From Octopus sinensis (taxonomy: Eukaryota), in NCBI RefSeq assembly GCF_006345805.1, contig NW_021824544.1:1-20416 (forward strand): 20,416 nucleotides of DNA. The letters are read 5' to 3'. Below the pieces are notes generated by a model that was not told the origin of the DNA, made no database searches, and worked only from the letters and a program-made list of their open reading frames with translations. Every line of letters begins with the position of its first letter. The stretch's first letter is position 1. Positions 10,420 through 20,416 of the stretch are shown here, piece by piece. The position numbers and the translations under genes were made by a program.

Positions 10420-11683
10420 AATGGTATCAAAAAGTTCACGGATTAGTTCTGTAATGTGCCAATAGATGGCAGCACATGGTTGCGTGTGCAGTGAAAGCTA
10501 TCAGTGACCTTCGTGAAGCAGTGTGACGAGTAACATTGCTGCATTTCCTTCGCAAGTTGTGAAGTTTGTGTTTTTGTGATTAAATGTATGCTGTAGTTTT
10601 GCGATTTTGTCACGGACAGGAAGTTGGAACAAAGATCCAACGTGAAGTTTTGTGCTAAACTCGGGAAGTCTGCTACAGGAACATTGAGCATGCTTCGACA
10701 AGCCTACGACGACGAGGCGATGGGTCGTACACACCGTTTCGAGTGAGACGGACGCTTTAAAGGCGGAAGAATGTTCCTGGAAGGCCTGCCACGAGCGCCA
10801 CTCCCGGAAATGCGGAGAAAATTCATCAATTTGTGCATGAGGATTGTTGGAGGACAATCAACGCCATTTCTGATGTTGCTGACCAGTCCTATGGGTCCGT
10901 GCAGGCATCCTAACATGCAGCGTGTCTCTGTCAAGTTTGTCCCCCGCCTGCTGACCATTGGAGCAGAAAGAACATCGCCTCGAAGTCTGCCAAGATGTCT
11001 GTCATCGTGTCGCTGATGATGACCCATCCTTCATGCGGAGGATCATCACCGGTGACAAGAGTTGAATCTACCGGTATGACCCCGAGACGAGGCAGGAATC
11101 GTCACAATGGAAGTGGCTTCATCTCCACGGCCGAAGAAGGCACAAGAGAGCCGCAGCTCAATCAAGAGCTTGCTCGTCGTTTCTTTCGACGTCCGCGGTG
11201 TTGTGCATCGAGAGTTCGATCCCCCTCCAGGGCCAGACTGTCAATCAAGAGTTCTACTGTGACGTTTTGAAGCGTTTGAAGGAAGACATTTGGCGAAAGT
11301 GACCGGATCTGTGGAACGCAAAGAGTTCGATTCTTCACCACGACAACGCACCCTGTCACCAAACTCTCCTCACTCGTGTGTTTCTCGCCAAAAGCAACAT
11401 GGTACCACTTCCACACCCACTCTATTCGCTAGATTTAGCACCTGTGGACTTCCGTCTCCTCCCCAAGCCGAAAAGGTAACTCAAAGATCGCCGTTTTAAT
11501 ATCGTTGTCGAGATCCAGAGGGAATCACAGAAGGTCCTCGACTTACTTATGTAAAACGACTTCCTGACCGGATTTTAAAAGTGGCAGGAATGCTGGGTGT
11601 GCTGTATTCCTGTGCAAGGTGACCCTTTCGAAGGAGATGATGTTAAAACTCAGCTAAATGAGTTATTTTTTGATACCACCTCC
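10415..11683 (+). mobile_element. Decayed mariner transposon, copy 2
   Basis: Same TIR remnants and transposase motifs (FVPRLLT, IITGDKS*IYRYDPET, HHDNAP, YSLDLAPVDF). It shares the ACG start and several stops with copy 1. Confidence 0.93.
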
Positions 11684-12038
11684 TTATGTATCTGTGTATG
11701 TATGCATTGAAAAGCAGAGGTGTTGTTTATATATATCTCCAGAGCAGTACTTTCTGCAGATTGTATACTATTTTAGTAAGAACATCATGTCTCAATGGGA
11801 TGTAATACTACGATTGCGTTTTTGGACAGTTGCTGGAACCATATTTAATGTCGCCATAGAAAACTTGCATTACCGACATCTTGGGTTGCATCTTGACAGT
11901 TTAAGAATTTCCGTGTTCCGTTTGTTAGAGGTATTTTGTAGCAGTTTCCTGGTCGTGTTGCGAAGATTTGTCTTCGAGATATTATGTGATATAACAATAT
12001 GTATGAATGTATTATGCATGTATGAATAGACAGACAGC

Positions 12039-12101
12039 TACATACATACATACATACATACATACATACATACATACATACATACATACATACATACATA
12101 C
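12039..12101. repeat. (TACA)n microsatellite
   Basis: Directly visible. Confidence 0.95.
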
Positions 12102-12105
12102 AATA

Positions 12106-12521
12106 ATAGGCGCAGGAGTAGCTGTGTGGTGAGTAGCTTGCTAACCAACCACATGGTTCCGGGTTCAGTCCCACTGCGTGGCATCTTGGGCAAGTGTCTT
12201 CTGCTATAGCCCCAGGCCGACCATTGCCTTGTGAGTGGATTTGGTAGACGGAAACTGAAAGAAGCCTGTCGTATATGTGTATATATATGTATGTGTGTGT
12301 GTTTGTGTGTCTGTGTTTGTCCCCCTAGCATTGCTTGACAACCAATGCTGGTGTGTTTACGTCCCCGTCACTTAGCGGTTCGGCAAAAGAGACCGAAAGA
12401 ATAAGTACTGGGCTTACAAAGAATAAGTCCCGGGGTCGATTTGCTCGACTAAAGGCGGTGCTCCAGCATGGCCGCAGTCAAATGACTGAAACAAGTAAAA
12501 GAGTAAAAGAGTAAAAGAGTA
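12106..12521 (+). mobile_element. Family A SINE, full length (S3), embedded in (TACA)n
   Basis: Full head, internal microsatellite and (AAGAGTA)n tail, with (TACA)n on both sides. Confidence 0.93.
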
Positions 12522-12604
12522 TACATACATACATACATACATACATACATACATACATACATACATACACACACACATACATACACACACACATACATAC
12601 ATAC
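12522..12604. repeat. (TACA)n/(CA)n microsatellite
   Basis: Directly visible. Confidence 0.95.
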
Positions 12605-12636
12605 ATAGGCAAACAGAGAGATATCCATCAGATCTG

Positions 12637-12835
12637 ATAGTTATGGTTATTGTTCATGTTTAACCCCAGGTTAGCCCTGATCGAGGAGGGCCAATGATCA
12701 AAGTCATCCCAGCCGTGACCAAATCTTGTTTGTTTTCTGTGTGAAAAACCGATGACTGCATTATCTAATCTACCGTTTTCTAAGACGGTAAAGTGATTTG
12801 AGAAAGATTTAACTGTTGTTTTTAGCAGGTTGTTG
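12637..12835 (-). mobile_element. SINE 3' part, family E
   Basis: gtttaaccccaggttagccctgatcgag...atgatcaaag...ccagccgtgacc...gtgatttgag...ctgttgtttttagcaggt is an inverted homolog of 3138-3330. Confidence 0.6.
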
Positions 12836-12980
12836 AGGTACCCTGGTTATATTGCATCATGTCTGGTTCTAGTAGACAGCTGAAGTGTGTTGTGTCGGTA
12901 GAGACATCAACATGGAAAGGACAAAATAAAAAAAAAACAATAAAACAAAACAGAAATAAAACAGGAAAAACAGCCGTGCA

Positions 12981-13078
12981 AACAATAATAATAATAACAA
13001 CAACAACAACAACAATAATAATAAAACTACTAAATACTACTACTACTACTACTACTATTAATAATAATAATAATAATA

Positions 13079-13110
<32 letters not shown>

Positions 13111-13129
13111 GTAGTAGTAGTAGTAGTAG

Positions 13130-13161
<32 letters not shown>

Positions 13162-13292
13162 GCAACAAGAATAAGATTATAAATAATAATAATAACAATA
13201 TTAGCAATGATAATAGTAATGACAATTTTATAAATAATAATAACAATAACAGTAATATTAGCAATTATTATTATTATTATTATTATTATTAT
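12981..13292. repeat. Compound trinucleotide microsatellite (AAT/AAC/TAC/AAT/GTA/AAT/TTA)
   Basis: Directly visible. It is the source of the poly-I/L/T/N/V ORFs. Confidence 0.95.
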
Positions 13293-14028
13293 CATTTGAA
13301 CTGAACGGTGTGAAATAAGAAAACAAAATCTAAAAATCTAAAAATAGCAAAGTATGTGGATGGAAGTAGGAACTGTTTTATTCAAGAAGCAGAGACGTCC
13401 GTCTGTTGGGAGGCACGGTTCTACCAACAGATGCCAGTCGTCTGTTCCACTGGATTTAAACAACAGGCAGCGCCATTTTACTTTTATTTTTATTTTACGA
13501 AATAAAATTAATGAATTAAATTTGAAAATTGATATGAAAAAGCAATTAGTTAAAATGTTTTATGTACATAGTTCCCATACATATGTACAGTTTATATATA
13601 TATATATATACACGCATTCATGCATGCGTATACATAGACATTGGCGGCGGCGGCGGGGGTGCATGGGTGCACACTTGTGTGTTGTCACTGCTTTTATTCA
13701 TTACAATTCTTTCTAGAAGAATGTAACTGGTTTCTTGCAAAGAAAAAAAAAGCTGCTTCGCTGGAATTTGGATAAAACTGATAAACGTTACATGTCGAAC
13801 AACAGAAAAAGACTTGCACATTTTTATTGTTCCACTTGCAGATTGCAACTGTTAAGTATGTTAAGTATCTGATTGATTTCTTTGGCTGAAAATCCTAGTT
13901 TGTCCATATTGTGGCTTAGACATGCCCAAACATAAACGAAATTCACCAATGATTAATGGCATAAATGTGACTTTAAAATTACATTCATGCCAGTTTCTCT
14001 CTTTTATTTTACTCTCTCTATACAAAGG

Positions 14029-14415
14029 GTGGAGGCGCAATGACCCAGTGGTTAGGGCAGCGGACTCGCGGTCATAGGATCGCGGTTTCGATTCCCAGAC
14101 CGGGCCTTGTGAGTGTTTATTGAGCGAAAACACCTAAAGCTCCACGAGGCTCCGGCAGGGGATGGTGGTGATCCCTGCTGTACTCTTTCACCACAACTTA
14201 CTCTCACTCTTACTTCCTGTTTCTGTTGTACCTGTATTTCAAGGGGCCGGCCTTGTCACTCTCTGTGTCACGCTGAATATCCCCGAGAACTACGTTAAGG
14301 GTGCACGTGTCTGTGGAGTGCTCAGCCACTTACACGTTAATTTCACGAGCAGGCTGTTCCGTTGATTCGGATCAACCGGAACCCTCATCGTCGTAACCGA
14401 CGGAGTGCTTCCATC
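14029..14415 (+). mobile_element. Family C SINE (copy 2), with 11-bp TSD
   Basis: Near-identical to 3904-4287. CTATACAAAGG occurs at 14018-14028 and 14416-14426. Confidence 0.94.
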
Positions 14416-16189
14416 CTATACAAAGGCCACAGCCCGTGAGCTGAAACTAGATAAAATAAAATAAAAAAAAAATAGACGCTATCAATCGACCAACCAACCA
14501 AATTTTACATCAACTGTTATTAAAGAGATCTTATCTCATTCTACTGTGTTTTACGGCTGTGCAATGAAACAATTTAAGCCTCACTACTTCATCTCTCAAA
14601 GAAAGTGTCAACCTTTCGAAAGTACAACTTCGACAAGAACAACCATGACGGATTGAAACGAAAAAATTAACAATATATTAATAATATATTTCCTAGAAGG
14701 CAAATATTCTGGTAATTTGATCCTAATTAACATTGTTAATTAAGGTAAACTAGCGATATTAGTAAATTTCGCTTGCTCGACAATCACGTGATTAAAGTTC
14801 CTTCGCCTTTCCTTTTTTTTTTGCTTGAGGTATTCAATACATCAAACCTTAACTGATCCAAATTCATGCCGTTGATCAATTTGAGTTATTTCCCTTAATT
14901 CTTTTAATTCTCTTTTGTCTACTTCTAATAACCTAAAAGTCTATACGATACTGATGAAATCTAACAGATAGAAACATGTCCATAGTCGTCCCCCTTTTCC
15001 AGAAACAAAAATCGAAATTCTTCTTATCAGCTGAATTCGCTTTGATAGATTAACTTATTAATTTTTTTCATCTCTTTGATAATCTCTAACCACTAGGCTT
15101 CTGTTTACTTTCTCCACCTAAGAAGGAAAGATAAAATGAGTGCATTACATAAGTGAGTAGATCACTCTTTAACTCCCATCAATGAACTTGTTTTTCTATC
15201 CAGTTTCCATTTGGTTCCCGCAATATCTACCATCACCTTAAGCTGGAAGTCTTAGCAGTTCGCTCATAATTTAACAAATCATGTCTTTACACTTATATTT
15301 AAATTATTCACGGATTGGTGCTTTCTAGAAAATTCTTTGGAACATCCACAATTACAACAGAATGTTAATATGATCTGGTCGCATGTTCTGGAAGTTATGG
15401 AGACCAATTTGGGAAACATCAAGTGAATATCAACGATTAAAACAGAAATGAGTTTTAGATTCCTCTGCATTTCATATAATGGCCGTTTCTTAGACATAGA
15501 GAGAGACCTTGATCTCACTTAACGATATCGGCTGCTTTTAAGATATGTAAATTCTATTTTAATGGTCAGCTTTTCCTTTGAAATAAGCAAATCTAAAATC
15601 TCTTTACGATTTATTTCGTAATTTTCCACCATCAAATATTCTTTTTTTATATCTATAAATGGCCAGTCCTTCTATTAAGTAACAACCGTACGTAATGCAA
15701 AGCTTCCAATGATAAGAACATGTTAACTCATTCAACGATGTGTAATAGTGGATCTTTGCACGATTAAATCTTTTCAAACGACAGTTTCTTTAATTCGGAT
15801 GTGATTCCATATTATATTTTTATCAAAATAAGTAGCAAAATAGTCACAATGTAATTATTTTTTGGGGGGTGGGGAGGGCAGTTTTACTCCATCTTATGGC
15901 GTAAATGTCTTATAGTTTTAAATCATTTTTTTTTTGGCATTTCTTTTTGAGTACAGGTCATCTAAAATGTATGTCCGGTTTATTGAACCACAGACAGCTG
16001 TTTCGACTTCAATCTAGATTTAGACATGATTATTTAATTCTTTACCCAGTATCTTTGGGATTTGCATGCTCGGAGGAACGGTGAGGGTCCTCTTCAAACC
16101 ACTTATATGACCAAAATGTCTGCAAGAAGGTAGACACGGCTACATTTAAGCAATATCCAGATGAGAATGTTAAAGCAGGCCAAAGATTA

Positions 16190-16350
16190 GCTCCAACCGC
16201 CACGCATAGAAGCGATCCTTCTGGCGGACTTCCACACTGTTTCGGTTCATCAAATTTTGCTCAGAAATAGAGGTACCTTTCCAGCCAAATTTTACTGACA
16301 CGGTCTTAGTAGACTCGTGGCTCTGATGGAAGACAGCTACCTAAGGTGCT
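16190..16350 (-). mobile_element. Possible highly decayed SINE fragment
   Basis: ttcggttcatcaaattttgctcag and gaagacagctacctaaggtgc weakly resemble the inverted family A head region. Confidence 0.3.
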
Positions 16351-16590
16351 GTATAGTGATATACAATACAACGTCATTGAAAAAAAAAATTCTTATCCTT
16401 CTGCAATTCCTGATCGGTTAAAACTAAGCCCTACTGCGCTCCCACCACACACCACAAACACACACACGCGCACAGCCTCACACAGTCATACATGGTTGTT
16501 TAAGTCTATACAACCATACCTGACTGGCTATATCTACTCAATGATTCAATAAATTATATTCTTTTTCATCAATCAATTATTCTAATTCTA

Positions 16591-16981
16591 GTGGAGGCGC
16601 AATGGCCCAGTGGTTAGGGCAGCGGACTCGCGGTCATAGGATCGCGGTTTCGATTCCCAGACCGGGCGTTGTGAGTGTTTATTGAGCGAAAACACCTAAA
16701 AAGCTCCACGAGGCTCCGGCAGGGGAAGGTGGTGATCCCTGCTGGACTCTTTCACCACAACTTTCTCTCACTCTTACTTCCTGTTTCTGTTGTACCTGTA
16801 TTTCAAAGGGTCGGCCTTGTCACTCTCTGTGTCACGCTGAATATCCCCGAGAAATACGTTAAGGGTACACGTGTCTGTGGAGTGCTCAGCCACTTACACG
16901 TTAATTTCACGCGCAGGCTGTTCCGTTGATTCGGATCAACCGGAACCCTCGTCGTCGGAACCGACGGAGTGCTTCCCATCC
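16591..16981 (+). mobile_element. Family C SINE (copy 3), with 10-bp TSD
   Basis: Near-identical to the other family C copies. ATTCTAATTC occurs at 16579-16588 and 16982-16991. Confidence 0.94.
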
Positions 16982-17800
16982 ATTCTAATTCACCTTTATT
17001 CTTTAGTAAAAGTCCGGTAGAGGTCTCGAGAGAGACGTTAGATCAATGATGTGAGTGGTATATTCCAAGAATGTGTGACTGGGCTATTCCTATCTTTCAG
17101 GCGGTGATTGAAATAATGGCAGTTTACTGACAGAAGGAATAACGGAATCTCATTCAGCATTCCTGAGAGCTTCGGTTACGATAACAAAATCAGTAACATA
17201 AAATATCGTGTTCGGATTGATCTGCGCAGGGAAATGAGATCGATTATCGTGCGTATCGATTACCCGTTGATTTTACAAGTATTTTCCAGTTGATTAAAAT
17301 GACACCGGATCGCTTGTGAAACCTGAAATGTGTTTCAACGAAACGAAGACAACGAAAAGAAGACAACGACGCAACCTGTAAAAAGAAATATTCTAATTGT
17401 CGATAATATTATATTACTTGCAATGGAAATATAATTTATGACGTTAATACCAACCTGATATCATAATTTTGCCATTAAAGAATGATAATAATCAGTTTGG
17501 TGAGAAAAGGAATCAAGGAAAGTGATGAGTGGCGAAAATATTCGCGCTTTGTTTGATTTAGAAAAGAGCTCTTCACTGCCAGAGACGAGTGAAATCAAAC
17601 AGAAAGATATTCGTCTTCCAAGTTGGTAAATTTCCTTCTCATTCATCTCTTTTCTTACAAAACAAAACTGTTTAAAGATGGTAATTCTCTGAAAATGTCT
17701 GAAAGGTTAGTGGACGATTCTTCCTCCAATTATAATAATTCTAAGCTGCCATCCATTTAAACCTACTTTAGTAAATGGTGACATTTAAATATTAAACAAT

Positions 17801-18008
17801 TCTCTCTCTCTCACTTCTCTCTCTATTTCTAAATGTATGTTATGTATAGACATATATATATATATATATACATACATACATATATGCATACATACATACA
17901 TACATACATAAATATATACATATAAATCGATAGACAGATGAATAGATATTGATATGCACATATACAGATAAATACGTTCGTGTGTATAAATGTGTGTGTG
18001 TGTGTGCG
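17801..18008. repeat. Compound (CT)/(TA)/(TACA)/(TG) microsatellite
   Basis: Directly visible. Confidence 0.9.
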
Positions 18009-18064
18009 CGTGAATCGTAACCTTTCTTGAACAATTGTATTATAATTTCTCTGTTAAAGCTAAC

Positions 18065-18180
18065 GAGTTGGCAGAACCGTTAATGCTGAGCCGTCTTTTT
18101 TCCGTCTCTTTAGGGTCTGGGTTCGTTTCGTGCCAAGGTTCATTTTATCTTTTATCCTTTCAGAGTCAAAAAGGTAAATC
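18065..18180 (+). mobile_element. Diverged family B SINE head and core
   Basis: gagttggcagaaccgtta...ttttatcctttcagagtcaaaaa resembles the family B consensus. Confidence 0.55.
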
Positions 18181-18298
18181 ACGAATCAAATAACCGCTAT
18201 CGGCTTACCAGTTCTCCTAAATTTGAGTCGCTGTGATTATAGTAGAAGGAATTATGGGCCCTTGGTTTAGATATAAAAGTTCCTGGATCGAATCTGCA

Positions 18299-19141
<843 letters not shown>

Positions 19142-19256
19142 TATGAACATGTCTAATATTGTATGTATATATTTTATTAATTTGCCTGCACGGTTGATAA
19201 TTCGCTTGCCACTCGGGATGGTATTTTAATAATACTACCCCTATATATATATATTA

Positions 19257-19906
19257 CATGATGGCTGCCCCCTCGTTATCGAGTATGGCCATTGCACGAA
19301 GCTTAACTGTTATTGGTGCTGTGATCGGACGTGACTTTTTAGCCCAGCTAAAGACCTACAATGTCTTGTACAAAATTGGTAACTAAAACCTTTACTGGTA
19401 ATAGCCGGCTGTAGTTGTAACTGGGATTCATGTATCTTTGCATGTCGTTTAAGTCTTCCTGCCGAATTACACTCTCTTCCACATGCCCGACAGATATGAT
19501 TAATATGGTGTCTAACACCACTACCAGTGGCCTGGTTGTCATTCATCTGTCTCACTTTATGACTACGAAGATGACTCTTGAGTCCAGCTTTACTGAGGCA
19601 GGGTCTCAGGATCAAAGGGCGGAGGAATTCTTGAGAGTCAACGGCCATCCAATAAATGTCTATGGTCAGGTCACTTTCGAGTGCTACTGGTAACATGTAA
19701 CCCCGTACAACCTGTTGCATTGTCGGGTCGTCGGCAACTAAACCGGCAACCCCACCAAGCTTGCTTGGTGAGGAGGGTGTTTATTGAACACCCTGCGGGA
19801 TGAAAAACAAAACCCGTCAAAGGGCGAAGGAACTCTTGAGAGTCAACGACCATCCAATAAATGTCTTAAGGCTGTATCATGCACGGGGACATAGAAATAA
19901 TCGGAC

Positions 19907-19908
<2 letters not shown>
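19257..19908 (-). mobile_element. RTE-type LINE derivative: zinc-finger 3' end joined to a structured, probably 5'-derived segment
   Basis: Encodes CRSLAGLKSHVR and SKAGLKSHLRSH motifs, typical of the C-terminal finger of RTE-clade ORFs. A short 3' UTR ends in CATCAT(G). No RT or endonuclease sequence is present. Both flanks are (TA)n. Confidence 0.65.
19310..19720 (-). pseudogene. 136-aa chimeric ORF with three C2H2-type fingers (one intact), LINE-derived; function unproven
   Basis: CRACGRECNSAGRLKRHAKIH is a perfect C-x2-C-x12-H-x3-H. The flanking fingers are truncated (CLSKAGLKSHLRSH) or mutated (YQFCTRHCRSLAGLKSHVRSQH). No TGEKP linkers. Confidence 0.55.

Positions 19909-19909
<1 letters not shown>

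Positions 19910-19946
<37 letters not shown>
19910..19946. repeat. (TA)n microsatellite
   Basis: Directly visible. Confidence 0.95.
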
Positions 19947-19950
<4 letters not shown>

Positions 19951-19979
19951 GAGAGGGGGTAGGAAGAGAGAGAGAGATG

Positions 19980-20216
19980 TGTGTATATATTTGTGTGTCT
20001 ATGTTTATGTTTGTCCTCCCCCCCACCACCACCACCGCCATCGCTTGACAACCGGTGCTGGTGTATTAATGTCCCCGCAATTTAGCGTTTCGGCCAAAGG
20101 GCCCGATAGAATAAGTACTAGGCTTACAAAGAACAAGTCCTGGGATCGATTTCTTTAAGGCGGTGCTCCAGCATGGCCGCAGTCAAATGACTGAAACAAG
20201 TAAAAGAATCAAGAAT
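19980..20216 (+). mobile_element. Family A SINE, 3' half
   Basis: tgtgtgt...gtttgtcc...CATCGCTTGACAACCGGTGCTGGTG...GGCGGTGCTCCAGCATGGCCGCAGTCAAATGACTGAAACAAGTAAAAGAAT. Confidence 0.88.
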
Positions 20217-20277
20217 CTTCTAAAATAAAACACCAGCTGACGGACGGAGTTGAAACCGATCGAAACTCAATGTTGTC

Positions 20278-20383
20278 CCCAGGACTTGTTCTTTGTTAGC
20301 CTAGTACTTATTCTATCGGGCCCTTTGGCCGAAACGCTAAATTGCGGGGACATTAACACACCAGCACCGGTTGTCAAGCGATG
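20278..20383 (-). repeat. Local inverted duplicate of 20039-20144
   Basis: Reverse complement matches 20039-20144 at 104 of 106 positions, including variants not seen in the other family A copies. Confidence 0.92.
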
Positions 20384-20416
20384 TATGAAAAATATGGATA
20401 ATAAAGTTTTATTGGA

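Larger units (their letters stand above)
9781..12521 (+). repeat. Tandem duplication unit 2
   Basis: Colinear copy of 7076-9780. Confidence 0.96.

Noticed and set aside
7896-11653. Functional or domesticated mariner transposase
   Set aside because: Both copies have a mutated start codon, multiple shared stops and frameshifts.
15255-15426. Open frames around 15.3-15.8 kb (e.g. QFAHNLTNHVF...NLGNIK)
   Set aside because: No recognisable domain, no consistent splice pattern and no ATG context.
16050-16080. 31-nt micro-exon candidate (TTTACCCAG|...AACG|GTGAGG)
   Set aside because: The splice signals are plausible, but such pairs arise by chance in 20 kb. There is no recognisable peptide or partner exon.
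3988-16929. Repeated ORFs MFIERKHLK... and MVVIPAVLF... (three copies)
   Set aside because: They lie wholly inside family C SINE copies and their frames break between copies.
19310-19620. Host C2H2-ZNF gene exon
   Set aside because: No TGEKP linkers, irregular finger spacing, LINE-like GLKSH motifs and tail, and microsatellite flanks all favour a retroelement origin.

Overview
A 20.4-kb, AT-rich, repeat-dense eukaryotic region, intergenic or intronic. The SINE families and microsatellite style suggest a cephalopod, most likely Octopus (inferred from recall of these repeat families, not from a search). No host gene can be supported and there are no tRNA, rRNA or CRISPR features. The window holds about 17 full or partial tRNA-derived SINE copies from five families (my labels A-E), many microsatellites, two dead mariner (DD34D) copies, and an RTE-type LINE derivative with C2H2 zinc fingers. 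The most notable points are structural. (1) A ~2.7-kb SINE-X-SINE-X'-SINE tandem duplication (6651-12521) whose copies show uneven divergence. (2) A 177/181-bp tandem reiteration inside one SINE (843-1275). (3) A rearranged last 2 kb, in which one SINE appears split by ~1.5 kb of nested material: an A-B-C-invA-B block with a hairpin and a chimeric LINE piece with an open zinc-finger ORF. A 104/106-identical local inverted duplication follows. None of this is clearly a new biological system. It is best read as transposon-driven rearrangement worth checking.
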